This document shows positions 27,301 to 39,500 of a DNA stretch of 64,000 nucleotides, one piece after another (within the stretch, counting starts at the first letter, position 1; each line of letters starts with the position of its first letter). Location: positions 17,542,587-17,606,586 of the forward strand of contig CM120648.1 of assembly GCA_051362555.1 (NCBI GenBank). Reading direction: 5' to 3'. This stretch comes from Lingula anatina (lineage: Eukaryota; Animalia; Brachiopoda). The notes beneath the pieces were generated by a model. That model was not told where the DNA came from, did not search any database, and was given only the letters and a program-made list of their open reading frames with translations. The position numbers were made by a program, and so were the translations under genes.

Positions 27301-28391
27301 GATATTTTTCAACGCCTCCCTCTTAGCCTCAAGTTCGTCCAAAGAATTTTCATTTGGGTGGTTCATTTCCATTGCATAAATTTCTCTTTCTAGTTCTAAT
27401 TCTTGCCTGTCCCTTTGTTTTTTCTTGAAACAGGAATGGGAAATTGTCATTCCTCTAATTTCCATTAAAAGCATTTCTAAAAACAAGGAGTCATCAATAG
27501 TGAACGATATTTGTTCGTTTGGAATTTCTGCATATTGTACTTTTGTTCTCTTAATTATGTCCTTCACTTTACTCACATATTCCTCATCTTTTAAGAGGGA
27601 AATGTTAAATACCCAAGTGCCTTTGCCCTTAATAAATGTATTTAGCTTTAATTCTAAAATTACGGGTGAATGATCAGATCGGTATGATGCCTTAATAGAA
27701 ATATTAGAAACTGAATTTTGAAGGTTATCCGCAATTAAAAAGAAATTTAGTCTAGCCTGCCTTCTGGGATTCCTTCTTCTCCATGTGAATCTCCTCTCGT
27801 CAGGGTAGAGAAGTCTGAAATAGTCAATTATATTTAGGTCATTCATAACTTCAAGTAATTTTTGCCTAGCTCTAGGGTTATTCACATTTGCATAATTTTC
27901 TGTGTTTATATCAGGGTTTAAAGTAAGGTTAAAGTCACCACAGATCAAGACATTTTCATTATTAAAGTCTATTATTATATCTCGTACCTGTTCATAAAAA
28001 TCTGGAGTATCCCTGTTCGGGCCATAAATGTTGATTAATGTGAATCTATTTTTTCTATATTTACATCAAGAGCTAAAAGATTGCCGTCGTTTGTTTTAAA
28101 TTCCTTAAGGTACTCGAATTCAAAATTATTATTTATTAAAATTGCAACACCCCGAGAGTTTGTAGAAGAGAAATTAAAATATGCTTTGTAACCCCATTCT
28201 GATAAGATCCTTTTTTCTTCATGACTGTCAAAATGGGTATCCTGCAAACATACTATATGATATTTCTTTGATCTGTAGAAGTGAAAAATATCTCTTCTCT
28301 TTGTAGAGTCTCTCAGGCCTTGACAGTTAATAGAAGCGATCTTAATTGAATTCATGCTAAGTGGTAAAAAAAAATCCTGTTAGTAAACATA
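24333..28391 (-). mobile_element. L1/Tx1-clade non-LTR retrotransposon: essentially complete ORF2 (frameshifted) plus 3' UTR and poly(A); ORF1 absent
   Basis: APE endonuclease (IASINCQGL, CLQDTH, GDFN, SDHSPV) from the ATG at 28355. RT motifs KNWRPITLLN, DFEKAFDSV, QGDPLSP, YADD. C-terminal CCHC (CFICGAEREDLRHVFLNC). AATAAA plus poly(A) at 24333-24345 on the - strand. Confidence 0.95.
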
Positions 28392-28879
28392 AGTAGTATA
28401 AGTAAGTCGTTTTCGACCTGCATTTTGGAAAGGGGCTATTTACTTTCAATGTAATTTTTTTTAGTGAACCTTGGACCTTTTAAGGGGCAGTATATTTTCA
28501 GTGTAATTTCTTAGTGACCCCTGAAGCAGAAATGAGGCAAGCGAATTTTAATGACAATCATTTTAGTGTGAATGAGGGACGAGCAAATTCTAATGATGAT
28601 TCAATAATTGAAATATAAAAATCATAGACGCCTAGGTACATGCACTTCACATACTGGTAATACATGAATATTATTTATTGTATGCGCAGTGCATCCAAGC
28701 AGTCTGCGCCAGCCATGCAATAAATTGATTTCATATACTAGTACTAGCTATAGATGAATAGTATTTGTTATACTATACACGTCCATCAGACCCAAGCGGT
28801 CTGTGCCAGCCATGCAATAAATTGATTTCATATACTAGCACTATCCCATATTGCCATTATCTCGTCCTCTTTAAAAACC

Positions 28880-29945
28880 TGTTTCTCGAGAGACAGTTCA
28901 TCGTTCAATTTAACCTTTTCGTCCAAAGTAAGGTCATTTCTTTTCCACAACTTGCGTTGGTCTGCTTCTATTTTATCAGTTATTTTGGTAAACGGTCGCG
29001 CCTTATGCACCCTGAGCTTCAGAGATAACTTGACACTAACCTCTTCACTATAGCCTATATCTTCATCGTGTCAAGTTACCTCTGACCACATTCGATTGCT
29101 CCCGCCGCCCGCCAATCAAATTTAAATCCCGCACTCACTGACTCATTGAACGATCTAGCCAATGAACGCGAACGAGTCAAAGCGCGCTTTGTTCAAATCC
29201 GGACCAATCAAAGATAAGGCTGAATATCAGGGACTTGCCGTAACCTGTGGGCAGCACGCAAAATACATCATCCCTCAGTAGATAATGATGCAGGGCCTCA
29301 AACTGCTCTGGTTTTAATTCCGATATACTCATATTTTGCAAAGAATCAAGATATAACTTAACACATTATTTTACGTAGTCACTCGTAGGAGACGCCATGC
29401 TTTCTTTGTGTACGGTTATGCACTCGGAACTACTCGGATGTCTCCACACTCGACAATAACTTTGTTGTTAGTATGGAGCTTGCGGTATCAGCCGAGGATC
29501 ACCGATTGACGGTCAACCAATCAGCGTTTTCACCAAACTTTGGTGAAAAATTTTGAAACTTGGATTCGATTGGCTTATATAAACTAGGTCAAACTATTTT
29601 CGTCAGAGGTAACTTGACACGATGAAGATAGGCTTTTGTGAAGAGGTTAGTGTCAAGTTGTCTCTGAAGCTCAGGGTGGCCTTATGTTTCTCCTCTTGTA
29701 AATACTTTACATTCTCTGATTGGTACTCATCACCGTTGTTTTCCTTGGGAAATATGCCAATGCGTAGACGACAGTCATCTGGAGTGTCTTGTTTTAGATC
29801 GATGAAGAGGTAGCCATGAGGAGGCGAGGTTGCCTGTTTAAAAACTCGGAGGAATTATTTTACCTATCCGGGATACATCTGCTGGGCTAGTGTTCTGACC
29901 TGCAATGTGTCCCTGGGGTTTTTAAAGAGGACGAGATAATGGCAA
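28880..29945 (-). pseudogene. Inverted partial copy of the ATPase gene (C-terminal part), interrupted by a hAT MITE
   Basis: Reverse complement matches 30765-31140 closely (HYLVLFKNPRDTLQVRTLAQQMYPG..., KHKARPFTKITDKIEADQRKLWKRNDLTLDE). Confidence 0.85.
29008..29678. mobile_element. hAT-type MITE with an 8-bp TSD
   Basis: ~80-bp TIR caccctgagcttcagagataacttgacactaacc / ggttagtgtcaagttgtctctgaagctcagggtg. GCCTTATG at 29000-29007 and 29679-29686. Empty site at ~31013-31020. Confidence 0.9.
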
Positions 29946-29984
29946 TATGGGATAATATATTTTTTAGAATTGCAGTAAATGGGA

Positions 29985-30180
29985 TTCTAAAAATATATAT
30001 TTACACCTCCTCCTCCCTCTCCTCTGCATCGTGCACGCTTTACTGTTACTGAGGGAGGATGAGGTGTAAATGTATTTTTTAGAATCGTGCGCGCAATGGG
30101 GAGGAGGAGAAGGAGGAGGAAAACAGTAAAGCGCGCACGATGGAGAGGAGGGGGAGGCGAAGTGTGTAAATATATTTTTT
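29985..30180. repeat. Central hairpin of the Maverick-like palindrome
   Basis: aaaaatatatatttacacctcctcctccctctcctc..catcgtgcacgctttactgtt pairs with aacagtaaagcgcgcacgatggagaggagggggagg..gtgtaaatatatttttt. Confidence 0.75.
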
Positions 30181-30234
30181 AATTATATGATAAAATAGCT
30201 AACACCTCACTCTAACTTTTCATTCTTTTACAAG

Positions 30235-32020
30235 ATGCTGAAGTGTCCAGAGTGCCCAAAAACCTTCTCTAGAAAGGACAACTTGAATAGACACGTTATG
30301 AGTGTACACCAGGCGAAAGCTCAGCTTAATCTGCAGGCGGGTAGTGAGTGTAGACCACTCATAGCCCCATTTACTGCCATGGTGACTGGTCCGACGGGCA
30401 GTGGAAAATCGGTTTTCGTGAAACGATTGATTGCACACGCCCAGTCAATGATTTCACCGTGTCCACAGAAAATAATTTGGTGTTATGATATCTGGCAACA
30501 TTTATACGAAGTCATGCTGGTCGAGGGAAAGGGTTTTATTGAGTTTCATCAAGGCATTCCTTCCAATATCCAAGATGACGATTTCTTTGATCCTAAGGTG
30601 AACAATCTCATAGTATTTGACGAACTATTTGCCGAGGCAGCGGTTGATAGCAGAATACGCGACCTGTTTACCAAAGTGTCACATCATCGCAATGTCAGCG
30701 TCATACTTATTACCCAAAACCTTTTTCCCAGAGAGAAGGAAGCGAGAACCATCTCCTTGAACTGCCATCATCTCGTCCTCTTTAAAAACCCCCAGGGACA
30801 CATTGCAGGTCAGAACACTAGCCCAGCAGATGTATCCCGGAGAGTTAAAAGAATTCCTCCGAGTTTTTAAACAGGCAACCTCGCCTCCTCATGGCTACCT
30901 CTTCATCGATCTAAATCAAGACACTCCAGATGACTGTCGTCTATGCATTGGCATATTTCCCAAGGAAAACAATTACCAATTAGAGACTGTAAAGTATTTA
31001 CAAGAGGAGAAACATAAGGCGCGACCGTTTACCAAAATAACTGATAAAATAGAAGCAGACCAACGCAAGTTGTGGAAAAGAAATGACCTTATACTTTGGA
31101 CGAAAATGTTAAATTGAACGATGAACTGTCTCTCGAGAAACAGTCATACTGGAAACGTCAAAAAACACAAGAAGGACAGTACTATAACCCCATGGTGGCC
31201 GAAACAGTGTATAAGAAGACCACTCCTACACACTACTCAACACTCCCTCCGCCATACAGGACTGTAGGCAGGGCCGTAGCCTCCGGGGGGGCAGGGGGGG
31301 GCAGCTGCCCCCCCTGGAATTTGGAATTTTACACACCATACCCACCCCCCGCGGTAGCTTCGCCCCCTCGTGTCCGCTTACTGCCCCCCCTGGCATTTTG
31401 CTCAGGCTACGGCCCTGGTAGGTTCACCGCAAAGACCGCCCACCATTACCAGTGGGGTCGACCGTCCCATGGCGGGACCTAAACGAAAGCTGTTTGATAA
31501 AACACCAAGAGAGCCCGTGCAAAAGCGTACTCGTTTGAAACAAGCTGTTTCTCAAAAGACATATAATTTTAGACCAAAACCTAAACCAAAACAGGCAGGC
31601 ATGGGAACTCCCTTATTACAGCGCCGGTATGTGTTGGATGCAGAATATGAAGGTCGATCTACATGTATGCCTGACAGCAATACGGAATACCGTACCGATT
31701 CTGATGTGTCTGACAGCATAGAATTGGCGAACACTGGAGAAACCGAAAAGTCAAACATAGAGTCACCGGACAGCGAGTCAGAAAGCGGTGAAACTTCCAA
31801 CGAGTCGGCTACAGAGACGGACGATAGTGAATTGGAAAGTCACAAATATAGGCACAAATCCCTTGACCCTATTATTTACAATAATAAGTATATCAAGAAT
31901 GATCCACTATACAAGGCGTTTTTACATTTCTATCAAAACAGAGAGCAATATCCGTGGATATCTTTCCATCGCCGATATGCTATTCCAATCAAGATACTAG
32001 TTCAGAAAAAAAGTAAATAA
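30235..32020 (+). pseudogene. C2H2 zinc finger fused to an A32/FtsK-like packaging ATPase (Maverick/Polinton type) with a long basic/acidic tail; disrupted
   Basis: ZnF CPECPKTFSRKDNLNRHVMSVH; Walker A GPTGSGKS; Walker B LIVFDEL; SHHRNVSVILITQNLF; RTISLNCHHLVLFKNP; PHGYLFIDL. Two frameshifts and one MITE separate ORFs 30235, 30803, 31096 and 31370. Confidence 0.9.
31269..31417. mobile_element. GC-rich MITE with a 5-bp TSD (hAT5-like)
   Basis: TIR cagggccgtagcc / ggctacggccctg, with GTAGG at 31264-31268 and 31418-31422. Confidence 0.85.
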
Positions 32021-33494
32021 TTTATTATCAGATGTTTTATAATGACAAGTTGATTACATATCCTTCCACCCCTGAATATTGATATTTATACATAACCCCC
32101 AGTCTAAATGCGTAGCGTATATTCTAATGATAGAGTGGTGTTTGTAAACCCTTCTGCAAATAAAACTACCTTGTCAATAAATAAATATCGTCATTCATTA
32201 TTGTTAAATCAGCAGGGACACCCACGTGCGCCCTTTACTGTTTGGTGTGTAAACCCATTTAGATACAGAAATATTCGATACAGCTGTTGAGTACAAAGGG
32301 CGCTTGAGCAATCAAATACTGGCTTCGTCCACTGCGTGCCGTAGCGTAAATGTTTTTATACATGTACCTGCTTATTGAAACAAACTTCAGTGCAAGCGCA
32401 CTTTTACCTATAAGATGAGACGCGGCTGACATCCAAACAGACAAGATAAGGTTTTCAGAAACAAAGAAAATGATGAAATAAATTAATGTAAATACACAAG
32501 AAAAAATAAATAAGACTTTCAAAAGGAAACAATTTAAAAAAGCATTGGTAGCCATAGTTACCCCTCCCCTAATGTTTGATCGATGTATTAACACAGGTTA
32601 AGCAGTACATAAAACACGCTGTACATTTAATACTATTGACATATTTTCAGTGCTAGTATATAACATCAAATTTATTGCATGGCTGGCACAGACCGCTTGG
32701 GTCTGATGGACGTGTATAGTATAACAAATACTGTTCATATATAGCTAGTACTAGTATATGAAATCAAATTATTGCATGGCTGGCGCAGACTGCTTGGATG
32801 CACTTCGCATACAATACATAATATTCATGTATTATCAGTATGAGAAGTGCATGTACCTAGGCGTCTATGATTTTTTATATTTCAAAAAAACTTTTCACAT
32901 TTCCACCCGTGTTGTTTACACTTAAAACGTTATTTAAATAGTTTAGAGCGGGTCTTTACAGTAAACTATATAACGTTTGATTGACACATCCACTCTTTCC
33001 TAAGAGTATAATACGGGCCGTCTAAGAGACATCAGTTATAAAAAGATCAATTTACTGCATGGTTAGCGCAGACCGGTTGGGTGCAATGTATTTCAAAAGG
33101 TTTCTAACTCATGCGAGCTTTAACGCATTCACAAACGTGAGACGGGTGCGGGCGCACCAAACGCATTCTTCCGCACATTTCTAGAACTTCACAAAAGGGG
33201 GTCGAAACGTTCTCCTTTACGCTTCTTTGCTCGCTATACAATTACATTTTTTCTTTAACAAAAAACCTACTAGGTTTTATTGAAACGTTTTTTGAAATTC
33301 GCTCGTCCCCCATTTACACTAAGATGATTGTTATTAAAATTCGCTTGCAAAGCCCCCCTTATGCTTCAGGGGTCACTAAGAAATTGCATTGAAAGTGCAC
33401 TCCTCCTCAAAATGTTCAAGGTTCGCTAAAAATTACATTAAAAGTATATACCTCCTCCAAAAATGCAGGTCGAAATCGACTTACTTATACTACT

Positions 33495-34214
33495 GTTGGT
33501 AGAGACTTTTCTCTTGTTGTGGATGCTAGTGAGGAATCCGCTTGTGCAGTGCTTCTTCAAGGTGATGATGACAATGTTGATAATCCCATTGCTTATTTTT
33601 CCATGAAGTTTAACAAAAAACAACGAATTGTAGAGAAAGAGCCCTTGGCTTTGATTTAGGCCCTTCAGCATTTCGAAGTTTATGTTGCTACAGGACCTTT
33701 GATTGTTTATACTGATCACGACCCTTTAGTGTTCCTCACAAAAATGAAAAACATAAATAGAAGGTTATTAAACTGGAGTTTTGTTTTACAAGAGTATAAC
33801 CTTGTTATGAAGCATATGAAAGGAAAGGATGATGTTATTGATGACTGCTTGTCTAGAGGTTAAGAAAATGCTTGAAGTTGGATGATTGTAATATGAATTT
33901 CATGTTATACTCAAATACTATTGTACAATTTTGCTCATTAGATCAAAAAGTTCTTTTTAGAGGGGAGTTGTTATGTAGTGCACTTTGCATTGCAGTAGAT
34001 AGGATGTGTTTGTGCTAAAAAAGAGGCTATGAGGCGGGGTAGTTCCGGTCAGAGATGGACCATGCGGTAATAAACCCGAGCTGCAATAAGTTCTGAAAAT
34101 TATCTTTTGCTTTGTTTGACACGGGGCGATTTTGGAATATTGTATTTGGATATTCCCTGTCGCAAGTTGACTGAAAACTTGACAACAAAAAACATTTTGT
34201 TGTATAACGTGACA
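33495..34214 (+). mobile_element. 3' end of a Gypsy LTR retrotransposon (RNase H-terminal pol, Gmr1-like), PPT and probable 3' LTR
   Basis: FSLVVDAS..AVLLQ..PIAYFS..EKE.LAL..F..Y..VYTDHDPL..RRLLNWSFVLQEYNL..H.KGKD.VI.DCLSRG* ending at ~33862. Purine tract agaggggag at ~33959-33967, then TGTTAT (33969) ... TGACA (34214). Confidence 0.8.
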
Positions 34215-34437
34215 TAATGGATTCATTTTCTATTGGTAAGTATGGAGAAATTGTCCTTAGCTTCGGGAAAATACATTTTTTTTTTTTTGCCAAAATGAGC
34301 AGTTGTTGTCCCTTTAATATCACAAAAATATTATCAATATGTATCTATGAAGAAATCAAAATAAAATGATAACATACATATTGACACTCATGTCACGCCA
34401 TGTTAAATTATATTCACAACGAGTGCTGTTTTTAAGA

Positions 34438-34491
<54 letters not shown>

Positions 34492-34550
34492 CTTTATTGA
34501 GATATTGCAACCCCAATGGGTGAAACTATACATATATTATATTAAATCGC

Positions 34551-34585
<35 letters not shown>

Positions 34586-34819
34586 ATTTATTTTGAGCCT
34601 TAAATCCATTACAACATGTTCAGAATACACATACATAAAACAATGATTTAAGAAATCAATTATTAGAAATAGATAAATGAAAAATTTCAGAGCTTAACGA
34701 CTAAAACATTTAAGAGTAGTCTAGATAAAAGGTATAGATTCTCACATAAAAGCACTTCCAGTAAATAACTAAAATATATTTGTGTAAAAATAAATCAATT
34801 CTAGATAAAAAAAAACAGC

Positions 34820-35560
34820 CCTAAAAATACAATAGGTAAAACGGCCTAATTTGTAAAATCAACTTAAAAGTCGATATATCTAAAAGTTTCCTGAATAGGT
34901 ATGTCTTCATTTTTTCTTATGTTTGGTAGACTTAATTGATCGGATTTAACGGTAATAAATTATTTTCCTTTGGACCTGCTGATTTAAAAGATATGTCACC
35001 ATAGATTTTAAACGTATTTTTTTACCTGTTTACGCAATTATCTGTCTACAGACCACAGGTTTCTTGTTGGAACATAGTGAGTGACTAATGCACTTTAGTA
35101 GATCGGTGGAACTTTGTAAAAAGCATCATGAACAAAGACTAGAAATTTTAATAAAACCTTGGCTTGTAGAGGTAACCAATGTTACTATTTCAAAATTGGG
35201 GTGATATGGTTACTCATGGATGTACGGGTTAATAATCTAAGATGTTCTGAACCCGCTGCAGTCTTTTAATCTGTTTTTAGACAACCATATAGATTTACAA
35301 ATAGATTTACAGTAGTCTTATCTAGATGTTACTAAACAATTGGTAACTGTAGCTGCAGCAGAGGCAGATAGGTGATTACGGATTGGTCCTACTGTTTTTT
35401 CCAAATGTTATACACTGCTGACTTGTATCTGCTAGCAATTTGCTAATTGATAGAACCGGTTCCATCTAAAAAACAAGATTTTTATCATGGGGCGCTGGCT
35501 TTATGATACTGGATCCAATGCTGAGTTTAATTTTGATATGGTAATAAGAATATAGAATAG
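34820..35560 (-). mobile_element. Old L2/CR1-group non-LTR retrotransposon 3' fragment
   Basis: Minus-strand IRNHLSASAAATVTNCLVTSR*DYCKS..LQRVQN and HITPILK..HWLPLQ match the L2-type post-RT motifs SRLDYCNS, LQRVQN and HITP.L..LHWLP. Boundaries approximate. Confidence 0.7.
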
Positions 35561-36387
35561 GAATGGTAAAAAAATGCTAAAAGCAAAAGGCTGTGACAGT
35601 AAAAAAAATCACGCAAAATCTTAACAGCTATTTGGAATGTTTCCATCAATCAAAAGATAAAAAAAGTATAAATTGTACCAAAATAATGATAAGATAAAAG
35701 TAAAAACTAAATGAAAATATAGTACACATAATAACAGTTATGGCCAATAATCTGTATCGCAATGGAATTGAATCACCTAAAAAGTACTTCATATATGATG
35801 TATATGATATACATATATGTCAAGTATATGATAAAGATCTTGTATTTTTCTAATTGTGATACCAATCTTGCAGCAATGACCTTTTCAACCGTTTTTGATA
35901 GAAACGAGAAACAGATAGAAACAGAGATTCACAGGCTTTTTTTCCATAAACAAAACAGGAATAACACCGTTTATAAAGAACACGATCATTTATCAAAACT
36001 GTGTTCCTCATCCAAAACCGTTGTCAAAAGAAGTTGTCAAAAACCAAAATTTTGAGTTCAAATTAATTATTTTATATCACACTCGTCACGTCGATAGAGA
36101 CTGATGCATGTACTAGTAAGTTTAAATCATAAGAACGTATGTGTATCATATATATTCAATAATGGCCTAACTGCCCCCCCTCCCCCGGATGCTATCTTAA
36201 AACTTACTTTGGCCTTACCGTACCCATATTGGAAGCTCAGCAAATGGTACTCCCTTTAGAGGCAGGTGTGCAATGGATATGTTAAAAACGTTAGGCACTT
36301 TAATGTACATTCCAACTGTAATTTACTTCATATTCACCTAGCGGTGCCCAGGACATAAGCCTGACCTAGGCGTACTCAGAGCAGTAT

Positions 36388-36587
36388 CTAAGAACTTAAC
36401 CCCCAAGTCACCCTGATTGTCCCCGTGATCTCTGCTCTGCAAACGGCACAATTCCTCAAGGCAGGTGCACAGGTCACACAAGCAACAAGATGACCACACG
36501 GCAGAAATAGCACGCTTATTTCTTCATCCATACAGATCTTACAGATGCGCTCATGTTTCAGTCTTTTGTTTTCTTTTTGGAGTGTCC
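36388..36587 (-). CDS. Terminal RING-finger exon of an IAP
   Basis: ttccag|GGACACTC.. gives TLQKENKRLKHERICKICMDEEISVLFLPCGHLVACVTCAPALRNCAVCRAEITGTIRVTWGLSS*. Paralogous to 21272-21465. Confidence 0.9.
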
Positions 36588-39500
36588 CTGGAATAAAATT
36601 TGAAACACTTTCTATAAAACAGATCTTCTTGTATACATGTACTTCAGAAACATTATTTGTTGTTGGGTGATCCCTACTCATATTGATCATTTTTTTTCTT
36701 TCTTTATTTTTTCTATATGCTGCTTATTTTTAGTCTACTGTATTATATGCTATACAAGAAAATCCGATAAACCTAACGTCTTCACCGAGAATAAAATCAA
36801 CGTTGAATTTATATTTGAAAACGGAAGTTTGTGTCAACGTTGAAAAGTCAATGTTGAATCAACGTTGGCAATTCAACATTGAATCAACGTTGGCAATTCA
36901 ACATTGAATCAACGTTGGCAATTCAACGTTGAATCATGATTGATAGTTCAACGTTGTTTCAACATTAGAAATCTCAATTAACGTTGATTATATGTTGATT
37001 TAGCATTGATTATAACTTGATTTAACATTAAATAAAAGTTGAGACAAATAGCATTTTCAATGTCTTTATTTTGTCACTGCATAAAAGGAAAAATGCTGCT
37101 AATTTAAAGATGCATACAAAGTCAATTTTTTGTCACAAAAACCAACCAAATACCAGCATATAGTTTCAAGTAGTATAAATAAGAGAATTACCAAAAGGCA
37201 TTGTTTAATTTTACCCGAAAATGATGTTTGAACAGATTTCTCTGCTGGCATTCTAAGCTGTATGTCAATGGGGCAGAAAAGTAGGTCACGGAAGTAGGTT
37301 AGATTTACAACCATAAATTTAAAGAAAGGAGCAGTCTAAAGGTATTTTATGGCTGATCGAGTGATCTATTCAGTTTTTCCCTTGGCATGTCAAATTTATT
37401 TGAGTCATAAAAGAATCTAGTAGAAGTGGTTTACATGTGTTACTGGGAATCCACACTCCACCGATGCTCGGTTCGTATGTACCTTTAAGTAGTTAAAATA
37501 TACATAGTTTACAACATAGCAAACATAAATAAAAAACTGAGAACAACACTTTTTTTTTTACAAAACAAAGCTGCACATCGAATCTGAACTAACACAAAAA
37601 TTGTAATTAATTATGCATGTACATTGGGGGGGGGGGGGGGGGAGAGATTTTTGCACACCTTAACCTAAATTGTACTATACATTGTCATTTTTTAAGTAAA
37701 TTATAATTCAAACATATCATTAATAATCATAATCACTATAGTTCTGTAATAAATAAATCCTGAATAATGAATGAAAAAACATTGTTTTTTAGATGACGGA
37801 GAGTTCATTATAACAAAATTATAAATAACCATGCAGTAACTGTTTCAACTAGAGGATCAGAGAGGCGATACCGCCTCCAAATATTGTACCACCAGCTGGA
37901 GCAAGCGCATTCGTATAGACCCCCACATACACAAAATAAGGGACACAGCCACCAGTCTTTTGCTTGACAAGCTGTAAAAATGCAATCAACAAGAATTTGC
38001 AAAATATGCAATAAATATATATCAAAAAGTCATCAAAAGGTAGGTCAAAGGTCAATGTCACATTAAGATTGCCAGTATATGACTTCCTATTCAACTTCAA
38101 AAGTAACTTCGGACCTATCTCTGCCAGTTTGGGAGATAAAAGGGAAGCAAAATTTGCAAAGTTCAGTTCATGGTGAAAAGTAGGTCAATGGTCAATTTCA
38201 AGGTCACATTTAGATTGCCAGTGTATGACTTCCTATTCAAGTTCAATAGTAACTTTGAACCTTTCTCTGCCAGATTTGGAGATAAAAGGGCAGCAAAATT
38301 TACAAAGTTCAGTTCATGGTGAAATGTAGGTCAAAGGTCAATTTCAAGTTTACATTTGGATTGCCAGTATATGACTTACTATTAAAGTTCAATAGTAACT
38401 ATGGACCTATCTCTGCCAGTTTTGGAGATAAAAGGGAAGCAAAATTTGCAAAGGTTAGTTCATGGTGAAAAGTAGGTCAAAGGTCAATTTCAAGGTCACA
38501 TTTAGATTGCCAGTATATGACTTCCCATTCAAGTTCAATGGTAACTATGGACCTATCTCTGCCAGTTTGGGAGATAAAAGGGAAGCAAAATTTGCAAAGT
38601 TCAGTTCATGGTGAAAAGTAGTCAGGCGGCTAAGTCCTAATTTTATCCAGAATTCTGCAAAAGATGATAAAAGCATGAAATTTTCCACGATGAATGACCA
38701 TTGGGTGTTTGTCAACCCCCGGATCCAAAATAGACGAACACCCAATGGTCATTCATCGTGGAAAGTTTCATGCTTTTATCATCTATTGCACAATTCTGGA
38801 TAAAATTTGGACATAGCCACCTGACTATACTGTACTGCACATTTTGCTTTCACCACCGATATGTACTTTTTTATAGCGTAACTCGAAAACCGTTTGGAAT
38901 ACAAAAACGGAGACCACCATTGGGTGTTTGTCAACCCCCGGATCCAAAATAGACGAACACCCAACGGTCATTCATCGTGGAAAGTTTCATGCTTTTATCA
39001 TGCTCTACAAAATGCAAAAAAGAATGGGTCTCTAGCATTAACGGTTCCCGAATTAGAGACAGTTTTCAGTTTCGGCATCTTATGGCCGCTACTCCCGTGA
39101 AAATGCACCGATTGACCCCAAAGATGACCTGAAGGGTAACACTTTCCAATAATATTATTGGTTAAGTCTGTGTGGTGTCTGAATAACAGGGCAAAAAAAG
39201 TTTTTTTTCGTAAAAAATTTTATTTTTTTGAAAATTTTGGCCCGATTGACCTTGAAGTAAAGGTCAAAGGTCAAATCCAAGGGCATATTTGAAATCTACA
39301 CATATGACTTTTGGAAAGCCGTCTGTAGAAATTTTTCCCATAACCCCTTCCGTAGGGTAGAGAATTAGCATTTAATTTTGCCATTTTTGGACAAGGGTGC
39401 ATTGCAATGAGTGCCACACCCAGACCCCAATACCGACAAAGCCCAAATTTTACGTGGAACGAGTTGAGATTATATGTGACCTAAATCCAAGAGATGGGTA

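Larger units (their letters stand above)
28392..33494. mobile_element. Non-autonomous, palindromic Maverick/Polinton-like element
   Basis: Termini agtagtataagtaagtcg (28392) and cgacttacttatactact (33494). Inverted homology 28392-28600 vs 33290-33494 and 28610-28830 vs 32665-32885. Carries an A32-like ATPase. No pPolB, integrase or capsid genes and no TSD. Confidence 0.75.

Noticed and set aside
24333-33494. A single novel retroelement with a packaging ATPase in place of L1 ORF1
   Set aside because: The sequence upstream of ORF2 is better explained as a Maverick-type terminus (AGTAGT) that is mirrored at 33494 beside an unrelated Gypsy fragment. The adjacency looks like insertion or rearrangement.
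38030-39000. CRISPR-like or regularly spaced repeats (also 36790-37030 and 44-51 kb)
   Set aside because: No unique spacers or cas genes. The context is eukaryotic and the repeats are TE-internal or exon duplications.
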